Program-made: the position numbers and the translations under genes
Origin: a virus
Taxonomy: Duplodnaviria; Caudoviricetes
IMG/VR virus record: IMGVR_UViG_3300027333_000001
Reading direction: 5' to 3' (one strand)
DNA: 64,000 nt
Part shown: piece by piece, positions 29,554 to 36,927 of the stretch
Numbering within the stretch: position 1 is the first letter of the stretch
Layout of the letters: each line of letters starts with the position of its first letter
The notes under the pieces: model-generated
What the model saw: only the letters and a program-made list of their open reading frames with translations
Database searches by the model: none
What the model was told of the DNA's origin: nothing

Positions 29554-30330
29554 ATGAGAAATCAATTTTTATCTCGCAGAGCATCAGATGATATCCTAGA
29601 GCAACAAATTGCAAATTACATTCTTAATTTATTAGAAAAAGATGCAATTAGAAAGTTCCGAAAAAAAACAATGCCTTTGAAAAATGGAAATGGTTTTGTT
29701 TTTTACTATGGTAATACTAAAGGTGTTGTCCAACAACATCAGAATAAAGTTGTATATTCAGTATTATCTCTTGGTGATTCTGAAATGCCTGAAGGTGAAG
29801 TTATTGACTATGTTGTTTATAATCTTCCTGTAAACACTATGGGTGATATTTATCCTAATTCCCCTGAATATAAATTTTTACAAAAAGCTATGTTCGATTT
29901 CTTTGAAGATATGAACACAGTTCCTCGTAATACACAGTGGTCTCTATCTCCATCATCCATTCCACGATTTGCATCAGATGATGTCCTAGAACAACAAATT
30001 GCAGATTACATTCTTAATTTATTAGAAAAAGATGCAATTAGAAAGTTCCGAACAAAAACAAGACCATTGAAAATGGGAAATGGTTTCTCTTTTTTCTTTG
30101 GTAATATCATAGGAACTGTATCCAAAAAAAATAAACAGGTTGTCTTTTATGCTAAATATCCTGAAGGTGATCCTAACTATGAATATGAAGACCAATTAAT
30201 CTTGAATCTTCCTGTCAATACTATGGGTGATATTTATCCTAATTCCCCTGAATATAAAGTTTTACAAAAATCTATGTTTGATTTCTTTATAAATATGAAC
30301 TTAGGTCGTACAAAGTATTCACCCAATTAA
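29554..30330 (+). CDS. Hypothetical protein made of two ~130-aa tandem repeats
   Basis: ATG 29554 after AAAGGA; ASDD(I/V)LEQQIA...NLPVNTMGDIYPNSPEYK occurs twice. Confidence 0.7.
   Translation: MRNQFLSRRASDDILEQQIANYILNLLEKDAIRKFRKKTMPLKNGNGFVFYYGNTKGVVQQHQNKVVYSVLSLGDSEMPEGEVIDYVVYNLPVNTMGDIYPNSPEYKFLQKAMFDFFEDMNTVPRNTQWSLSPSSIPRFASDDVLEQQIADYILNLLEKDAIRKFRTKTRPLKMGNGFSFFFGNIIGTVSKKNKQVVFYAKYPEGDPNYEYEDQLILNLPVNTMGDIYPNSPEYKVLQKSMFDFFINMNLGRTKYSPN
29581..30300 (+). repeat. Intragenic direct duplication, period about 390 nt
   Basis: Near-identical blocks at 29581-29670 vs 29971-30060 and 29821-29916 vs 30205-30300, with divergent middles. Confidence 0.85.
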
Positions 30331-30445
30331 ACCAACCTTATTGCATCTTTCATTTGTTTTGCTCCTACTTTTTATTTCTTTCTGCATCTTTTAAGATCAA
30401 AAATATGCAGATAACTCATTCAAGGTGCAGATAAAAATAAATCCA

Positions 30446-31762
30446 TTATTGTTTTTTCTTATCCACCACCATCTTTACACTTGTCAATAATACACCTATA
30501 CTCACTGCATTACTCACTATCTCTAATGCTCTACTTTTCGGAAATGGTATCTTTAACTTTTTTTCATCTATAACCATTCCACTATTCTTTTTCACTATCT
30601 CTAAACTTGATCTCAATGCCTTATCTAAAACTTCATTTCCTGTTTCTATGCTTGCCAAACTTAATATCAATCCATCCTTTAATATCCCTGATCTCACTGC
30701 CTGCACTAATGAGATTATTAACTTTTCACATATTGCTCTTCTATGTTTTGCTTCCAGCTGTGTTACACCACCTACCTTTACTCTTAATAAACTACCTTGC
30801 AAATTGCTTATCCTTTGCTGTATCTGTTCTGCTTTATAAAATATCTTTTCCTGTGTTAATTCATATTGCAACTGATCTATTCTTTTCACTGTGCTGTCTA
30901 TCTGATCTTCATATTGCTCAACTAACATTTCCTTTTCTTTAAAGCATATCTCTAATGCACTGCCAAAATCTTCTTGATAGTCAAATTTCTTTAATCTAGT
31001 CACTATCTTTCCACCTGTGAAAGATGCCAAATCTTCTAACCATGATCCTTGATCAAATATCTTTGGACACTCTACTGCATAACATTCTATATTCCCTTTA
31101 TTGCGATTGAGATTGATTGTCTTTAAAGCATCACCTAATATTAAAGGTGCTACTATTACTACAGGTCTACCTTCTATCTGATTTTCTAAACATTCTTTAA
31201 TATCATCTAATGTCAATAATGGATAAGTAAAGAAAGCTACCATTGCTCCTTTAACACTCTTATCTTCTGTATATCCACTATATGTAGTTTTTGCTATAAA
31301 CGATTCACTGTGTAAAACTTCAAAGCTGGTGTTCTCACCTAACTCTATTGATATATGTGCATTACTATCACCTAATAAAAAGTCATATACAATTTCAGGC
31401 AGTTCTTCATTTAATACTTCTCTTGTCATTAGCTTTAAATCCTCTTTACTTGGACTACATTGCATTTGGTTTAAATTTACTAAATGCACAGGCAAGTCTT
31501 TATATGGATTTTTGATATAAGACAGGATAAGACTAGCTAGAATAAAGACAGCTGTTTTACAGCCATCTCCTTCACCACAGGTTTGGAAAAGAAAGTATTG
31601 TAGAGTTGGATTAGATTGCCATGCTAGAATAGTGGATTTAGCAGATGGATTGATAAGTATTTCATTATTTCTATAGAGAGCGATATTTTTATGGTTTGAT
31701 CCGTGAGAGATAGCAAGTAGTGTAGCTATTTCTTTAATGTCCTTTGCTAAGTTTTTCATCAT
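30446..31762 (-). CDS. Divergent, shortened GroEL/Cpn60-like chaperonin
   Basis: GEGDGCKT (cf. GDGTTT), LEDLASFTGG, QQRISNLQGSLLRVKVGG and NAVSIGVLLTSVKMVVD align with GroEL landmarks. Confidence 0.75.
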   Translation of the reverse strand: MMKNLAKDIKEIATLLAISHGSNHKNIALYRNNEILINPSAKSTILAWQSNPTLQYFLFQTCGEGDGCKTAVFILASLILSYIKNPYKDLPVHLVNLNQMQCSPSKEDLKLMTREVLNEELPEIVYDFLLGDSNAHISIELGENTSFEVLHSESFIAKTTYSGYTEDKSVKGAMVAFFTYPLLTLDDIKECLENQIEGRPVVIVAPLILGDALKTINLNRNKGNIECYAVECPKIFDQGSWLEDLASFTGGKIVTRLKKFDYQEDFGSALEICFKEKEMLVEQYEDQIDSTVKRIDQLQYELTQEKIFYKAEQIQQRISNLQGSLLRVKVGGVTQLEAKHRRAICEKLIISLVQAVRSGILKDGLILSLASIETGNEVLDKALRSSLEIVKKNSGMVIDEKKLKIPFPKSRALEIVSNAVSIGVLLTSVKMVVDKKKQ

Positions 31763-31843
31763 GTTAATATATCCATTGCTCTTAATAATCCTTTTATATT
31801 TTACAAGAGTTATAAATGTAAACACACAAAAGGATTTTTTAAA

Positions 31844-32116
31844 ATGTTTCGTAGATTACAAAACAATATTAGAAAAGCTAGTCCAATGGATGCTTATGCA
31901 CAGGTTTCTGATATTGCACAAGAAATTCAAGAATTAGTTGAGAATGGTTCTTCTCTTATTGAAAGAGAAGAGAAAGCTATTAGAAACGAAATGATTGAAA
32001 CACCAGCTATTCGTTCTTTAAAGAATCAAATTGATTCTGATTTATATGACATTTATCAATTGGCTAAGGCTTTAGAAAAAAAAGCTATCCTCATCCAAAA
32101 ATCTATGAAAGGTTAA
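31844..32116 (+). CDS. Small helical protein with basic RKAS leader
   Basis: MFRRLQNNIRKAS; AAAAGGA SD. Confidence 0.6.
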   Translation: MFRRLQNNIRKASPMDAYAQVSDIAQEIQELVENGSSLIEREEKAIRNEMIETPAIRSLKNQIDSDLYDIYQLAKALEKKAILIQKSMKG

Positions 32117-32122
32117 CCCATC

Positions 32123-32554
32123 ATGGCAAAGTTATTGACTGCTAATGAAAAAACACCCGGGTCTCCAAAGGGCGTGACTAGCTTCAAATATTCGGAAATG
32201 GAATACTATGACCGTATTCCTAAAGAACTCATTCCAAATGCTGATAAGGTTTTACAAAATCTACAAGTATTAAGAGATGTAGTAGGTAAACCAATTTTTA
32301 TCATGAGTGGGTTTAGGTCTCCAGAGAGGAATGAAGCCGTTGGTGGGGCGAAGAAATCGCAACATTGCGAGGGAAATGCCTGCGATATAAAAGTAAAAGA
32401 CACAGCACCTGAAGAAGTGGCAAAGTTGATTGAGAAATTAATTGCTGAAGGTAAAATGTGTCAAGGTGGACTTGGGACTTACTCTAGATCGACACCATCT
32501 GAGGGCTGGGTACATTATGATTGCAGAAATGTAAAAGCTAGATGGAATGGATGA
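32123..32554 (+). CDS. Peptidase M15A-family zinc peptidase (probable endolysin)
   Basis: SGFRSPERN, SQH..GNACDI and WVHYD zinc-ligand pattern. Confidence 0.85.
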   Translation: MAKLLTANEKTPGSPKGVTSFKYSEMEYYDRIPKELIPNADKVLQNLQVLRDVVGKPIFIMSGFRSPERNEAVGGAKKSQHCEGNACDIKVKDTAPEEVAKLIEKLIAEGKMCQGGLGTYSRSTPSEGWVHYDCRNVKARWNG

Positions 32555-32591
32555 TTAATAATTGATTTATTAAATTGCATTTGTTAAGATT

Positions 32592-32634
32592 AAAATAAAA
32601 AAGCCTTAATATGCTTTGCAGAGCATATTAAGGC
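32592..32634 (-). terminator. Intrinsic terminator (minus strand)
   Basis: Perfect 13-bp stem GCCTTAATATGCT/AGCATATTAAGGC (32603-32615 / 32622-32634), 6-nt loop, followed on the minus strand by TTTTTTATTTT. Confidence 0.85.
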
Positions 32635-32672
32635 ACATCCCAATAAACCTGAGAGAGAGGTCTAAATGAGTT
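32592..32672 (-). ncRNA. Candidate ~80-nt small RNA
   Basis: Lies between a TTGACA-N17-TAGAGT promoter and a terminator; no ORF; internal 7-bp hairpin with a CUCUCUC loop. Confidence 0.45.
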
Positions 32673-32678
32673 CAGATA

Positions 32679-32707
32679 ACTCTAAAGATATTGCTATTAT
32701 TTGTCAA
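32679..32707 (-). promoter_or_regulatory. Sigma70-type promoter pointing into the terminator
   Basis: TTGACA (32707-32702), N17, TAGAGT (32684-32679). Confidence 0.6.
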
Positions 32708-32719
32708 GACAGAATTAGT

Positions 32720-33868
32720 CTAAAACAAGCTAACCATCTTTCTCTTATCACAATATATACTGCCTGCTACCACTACTCTCTCTTCTTTCAAAATAGACAA
32801 AACCCCAATCTCATATCCACTCTCTAAATATCCTATTAGCTTTTTATATAAGGCATCTTTGTTTTTAGCATTTTTGAATTTTATGCTTTTTTCAATATGT
32901 AGTTTTTTATTATATAAGGCTATATAACCTTGAGTAAATGTCCATCCTGCTTTTAAATGTGATAACACATCATTTGTGTGAACTGTTTTCTTTTCACCTG
33001 TCAATAGAAAGATCATTTCTTTATTCGCTTTACATTCTTTCATTGCTTTACAATGCTTTTCTTTAACTTCAGGTCTTGAATGTCTTTCTTTCAATGATTT
33101 ACTTTTCTTTTCTTTAAATTCAGGTCTTGACCAATTTTCTTTCTGTGCTTTACTCATCTTTTCTTTAACTTCAGGTCTTGCCAAAGTTTCTTTCAATGAT
33201 TTACTTCTCTTTTCTTTAAATTCAGGTCTTGACCAATTTTCTTTAGATGATTTACTCATCTTTTCTTTATATTCGGAACTTGAATGACTTTCTTTCTGTA
33301 CCTTACTTTGCTTTTCTTTAAATTCAGGTCTTGACCAATTTTCTTTGGATGCTTTACTTTTCTTTTCTTTATATTCAGGTCTTGACCACATTTCTTTAAG
33401 TGCTTTACTCAGTTTCTCTTTAATTTCAGGTCTTGCACAAGCATCTTTAAGTGCTTTACTTTGCTTTTCTTTGCTTTCTTCACTTAAGCCACCACCACCA
33501 AATCTGCCACCTGTCTTTAAATTATAGCATACCTTTAATTCATCTCTATATCTCTTAATTACATCTTCTGTGATGAGTAATCCTTCTGCCAAATAAGCAT
33601 CCTGTGCAGTAGTAAAGAATTGCAATCTGTAATGTTGAAAGTTTAAATATCCGTGTTTCTTAATAGCATTTTTAAATGCTATGCCTGATCCAATATAGCC
33701 ATCATTAAGGTCTTTTGTTGTGTGCTTACCTAGATAGAATTTATTGTTAATGGTGTTAATAGTGAGATAGGTAAAATGATAGAAACCATCTGGATCAGTA
33801 AAGGGAATGACAGAATTAGGACTATAAGTATTAAGAATTTGATTAGTAAAGGTTTGAGCATCACTCAT
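32720..33868 (-). CDS. Free-standing GIY-YIG (Seg-like) homing endonuclease with NUMOD3-type repeats
   Basis: FTYLTINTINNKFYLGKH...YIGSG, catalytic-type E in AYLAE, CYNL; about eight 17-aa RPExKEKxSK repeats. Confidence 0.85.
   Translation of the reverse strand: MSDAQTFTNQILNTYSPNSVIPFTDPDGFYHFTYLTINTINNKFYLGKHTTKDLNDGYIGSGIAFKNAIKKHGYLNFQHYRLQFFTTAQDAYLAEGLLITEDVIKRYRDELKVCYNLKTGGRFGGGGLSEESKEKQSKALKDACARPEIKEKLSKALKEMWSRPEYKEKKSKASKENWSRPEFKEKQSKVQKESHSSSEYKEKMSKSSKENWSRPEFKEKRSKSLKETLARPEVKEKMSKAQKENWSRPEFKEKKSKSLKERHSRPEVKEKHCKAMKECKANKEMIFLLTGEKKTVHTNDVLSHLKAGWTFTQGYIALYNKKLHIEKSIKFKNAKNKDALYKKLIGYLESGYEIGVLSILKEERVVVAGSIYCDKRKMVSLF
33040..33480 (-). repeat. Tandem 51-nt / 17-aa repeats in the endonuclease DNA-binding region
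   Basis: Recurrent TTCAGGTCTTG(A/C) on the + strand every ~51 nt. Confidence 0.85.
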
Positions 33869-33871
33869 ATA

Positions 33872-33903
33872 AATATCCTATTGGTCTAGTTTAGGATATT
33901 ATA
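33872..33903 (-). promoter_or_regulatory. RBS-sequestering hairpin plus lone TATAAT upstream of the GIY-YIG gene
   Basis: 9-bp perfect stem AATATCCTA/TAGGATATT; the 3' arm contains the AGGA SD; TATAAT at 33903-33898 overlaps the 5' arm. Confidence 0.65.
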
Positions 33904-33918
33904 CAAGCTAGATATAAA

Positions 33919-36510
33919 TTACATCTTATTTACAGTTTCAATGAATTTTTTAGCAATCGTTTGAATACCTTTACGAGTAGTAGCAACACCTGTCACTAAA
34001 GCACACATTTCAGCAAACCATTCAAGAACATCTTTCATCGCATAATTAGAAGGACAGACAATAGTTCTAGCAAGGCTGTCTTCAGAAATTTCTTGTTTTT
34101 GTTTAGTTTCAAGGTTTTGGAAAACATAAACAGCACCTTCACCTCTTTTACCTTTAATTTCTATGCAAACACTATCATCTTCTGTAGCATATCGTACTAC
34201 AAAATGTACTTTGTATTCAGAAAGAAGAGATCCTATGACAGGTAAAGAATCTTTAATACAAGAATCCTTTGTAGTCATTTTAAAAAGATTGATCATTTCT
34301 TGATTTTTCAAAAAGTTAGGTAACTCTTCATTATGGAATTTATGTCCAAACTCATGCACAATATCAGAAATTCTTTCTTTAGAATCTTTTTTTCTATATG
34401 GATCAGTGTAGAAAGCAATAATACCTGTATCTACTTCATAAGATGCGGCGGCATCACTAGAATCTGCTAATCCTCGTTTTTTAAGATCTGCATATTTACC
34501 AACAAAGACACGATCTCTAAGAACATTTTTAAATTTAGTAAGTGGTGAGTTCTTAATAATGTGGATTGCTCTTTCAAAATCATTTTTAATAAGTAGCAGT
34601 GTTTTTTCATTAATCTCTGAAATAAAGATAAGTTTAAAATTACCTAACTTAAGGATAACTTCAGATACTTCTCTTGCACCTTCTGATTCAATATATTCAT
34701 TGTTTAAGTTTAAATCAATAGGATATTTAGCACCTCTCCATAATCTAATGCTTGGATCATAATATCCAAATTTCCATTCCTTTTCTCTTTTCTCTAATTT
34801 AGAGATTTCAAATTGGATATTGTTTTTCTCTTTTAATTCTTCTTCTTTGTAATTATTAGGATACTTATTCATCTTATAAAGAAGTTGAGTTAGTTTAGAG
34901 ATTTGAAAAATAGTAGCCTCTTTAGATAATTCCTGTGGCAATTTACCTGAACCATAACAATTATCTGATTTCATCCAATTACTAAAGGTATATCCATGTG
35001 CATGGATTGTGCCATCTTCATTTAAAGCCTGATGTCTAAGACAGGCTTGGCAAGTTCCATATGCAGGATGGAACTTCAAAATAAATTTAATCTTTTCATT
35101 TAAAGGTAATTCAGCAGGTGGTATTAATTCTTCTTCTTTATATGTACTAACAAAATTAGGAAGTTCAATAGTTTTTCTTCTAACATCAGTAGTTAATATA
35201 TCTATGCCACTCTTACTACCAAAAGGATGGAAAATATATCCTTGATTGGCAGTGAAAGATGCTTCAAGTGTAAAATAGATATCAAAATCTAGACTGCCAA
35301 TCATGTCTATTTTCATAGTGAATAAACTTGACCATGCTTTTCTTTGTATATCTCTAACCATCTTGTTTTTTAAACTATCTGCAATATCCTTTCCTTTTGC
35401 GATTTCAAGATCTATCTCAAAAACAATCTTTTTGTTATCATCACTTAGTTTATATTTATAGTAGTCTATTAAGTGTTCATACTGTCCTGTTGAATAAATT
35501 ATATCTTGTGTGTATCCACGAATAATTTGAACAATACCTGTTGTAGAAATCACCTTCTCTTTTTCTTCTTTTTTAGTAGGTGCAGGTTTAGTTTTTTTAC
35601 CTGCACTAGGTTTTTCGTCTGTACTGACTGATGATTCTGTATGAAATAAATTTGAATCAGGTTGTGTTCCGATAATATTAAGTTGAGGTTTGTAATTAGA
35701 CAGGTGTTCATAAAAAGATCTAAATTTCATTAATGAAAATTGTGAAACATCGGAGTATTCTTTAATTTCACCGATTGTAAGATTTGCATAATCAGTAAAA
35801 AGACTGTTAATTGCAGTAGACCATGAAGAATCAGGAACATTCCAGCTATCTTCAAAAAGACTTACATCAATCTTCGGAATAAAAATATTAGAACCTTCTG
35901 TATTACCATAAAAGTATCTACCATTTAAAGCTATCTGTTCAAATTGATTGTTTGCTAATTCTTCATCACCTGCCCTTGCAACATATGAAAGAAGAGGTTT
36001 AGGTATGATTGCAGGTTCTGTTTTAAAATTAAAAGCTGATCTTTTTGATTCACTTTTTATCCAATAACTATCTGTGTTACTTGCATTTAACTGAAATCGT
36101 TCATATTCTGATGTGAAGTATTTTTTCTGTTCAGCAGTCAACTCTAGTACACCAAGATCTTCTTTTTTACCTTCTAAAAAGAGTTCAAAACTCAAGGCTT
36201 TTCTTTCAGGTGTCATATTTTTTAATGGTACAGATTTAGATGTAACAGTACCTAAAGGTGATTTAGATGTTTTATATTTTTTATCTCTATAAAATTCATC
36301 ATATTGAGGTACAATTACAGGTGTTTCCAACAATGGATACTCATTCAATTCTTCTATTTTTTTAGAGATGGCAGATTTGGCTCTTGTTAGTGGAAGTAAT
36401 TGATATCGTCCAAAACAATCTGCTAAAAACAAACGAAATCCTTTATTCGCAAGGATTATATCTTTAAGTTTCATTTTATCATCAAAAATGAGAGTAGATT
36501 TTTTTTTCAT
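33919..36510 (-). CDS. Large protein with a Zn-finger-like motif and C-terminal zincin (HExxH) domain
   Basis: CQAC...HAHG...CYGSG; IVHEFGHKFH; C-terminal SNYAMKDVLEWFAE. Confidence 0.65.
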   Translation of the reverse strand: MKKKSTLIFDDKMKLKDIILANKGFRLFLADCFGRYQLLPLTRAKSAISKKIEELNEYPLLETPVIVPQYDEFYRDKKYKTSKSPLGTVTSKSVPLKNMTPERKALSFELFLEGKKEDLGVLELTAEQKKYFTSEYERFQLNASNTDSYWIKSESKRSAFNFKTEPAIIPKPLLSYVARAGDEELANNQFEQIALNGRYFYGNTEGSNIFIPKIDVSLFEDSWNVPDSSWSTAINSLFTDYANLTIGEIKEYSDVSQFSLMKFRSFYEHLSNYKPQLNIIGTQPDSNLFHTESSVSTDEKPSAGKKTKPAPTKKEEKEKVISTTGIVQIIRGYTQDIIYSTGQYEHLIDYYKYKLSDDNKKIVFEIDLEIAKGKDIADSLKNKMVRDIQRKAWSSLFTMKIDMIGSLDFDIYFTLEASFTANQGYIFHPFGSKSGIDILTTDVRRKTIELPNFVSTYKEEELIPPAELPLNEKIKFILKFHPAYGTCQACLRHQALNEDGTIHAHGYTFSNWMKSDNCYGSGKLPQELSKEATIFQISKLTQLLYKMNKYPNNYKEEELKEKNNIQFEISKLEKREKEWKFGYYDPSIRLWRGAKYPIDLNLNNEYIESEGAREVSEVILKLGNFKLIFISEINEKTLLLIKNDFERAIHIIKNSPLTKFKNVLRDRVFVGKYADLKKRGLADSSDAAASYEVDTGIIAFYTDPYRKKDSKERISDIVHEFGHKFHNEELPNFLKNQEMINLFKMTTKDSCIKDSLPVIGSLLSEYKVHFVVRYATEDDSVCIEIKGKRGEGAVYVFQNLETKQKQEISEDSLARTIVCPSNYAMKDVLEWFAEMCALVTGVATTRKGIQTIAKKFIETVNKM

Positions 36511-36571
36511 AGAGCATATCCTTTTTTTAATTTAATCACTCATTAAAAAAGGATATGTATAAATAATTTAT

Positions 36572-36865
36572 TTATTTACTTGCCATATCACTAGCTTGTA
36601 CTGCCATATCCACAATAACCATATCACCAGCTACAGACATATCAGTAGTAGATGCCATATCAATAATACTGCTATCACTTTCAACTGCCATATCACTTTC
36701 ATTGCCTGCTGTCATATCAATACTAGACAAAGCAATATCTGTAATAATCATATCGATTAAAGTAGCATCTGTAGATTGCATATCTGATTGAGTAGCAGGT
36801 GTTTCTTTCTTTTCTTCACCACCACAGGCAGTAAGAATAAGCATAACGAGTAGTAAAGTTTTCAT
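36572..36865 (-). CDS. Small lipoprotein with Asp-Met repeats
   Basis: Signal peptide with lipobox LTAC followed by nine DM dipeptides in an acidic low-complexity region. Confidence 0.75.
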   Translation of the reverse strand: MKTLLLVMLILTACGGEEKKETPATQSDMQSTDATLIDMIITDIALSSIDMTAGNESDMAVESDSSIIDMASTTDMSVAGDMVIVDMAVQASDMASK

Positions 36866-36927
36866 AATAAACTCTCTTTATATATTTGATGTTTAAGTTT
36901 ATTAAAAGATTAGATATAAAAGAAATA

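Noticed and set aside
29581-30300. Template/variable repeat pair of a diversity-generating retroelement
   Set aside because: Differences are not adenine-specific in one direction, both copies are in the same ORF, and there is no reverse transcriptase in the window.
32666-32827. Plus-strand 53-aa ORF with GAGG SD as a type I toxin opposite the candidate sRNA
   Set aside because: The peptide has no clear transmembrane helix and overlaps the GIY-YIG C-terminus antisense; it cannot be excluded but is unsupported.
33040-33480. 51-nt periodic repeats as a CRISPR array
   Set aside because: The repeats are in frame inside the GIY-YIG ORF and encode 17-aa NUMOD3-type units, with no unique spacers.
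32555-33918. Group I intron housing the GIY-YIG gene
   Set aside because: The flanking genes look complete and are not two halves of one gene; no intron core was recognisable.
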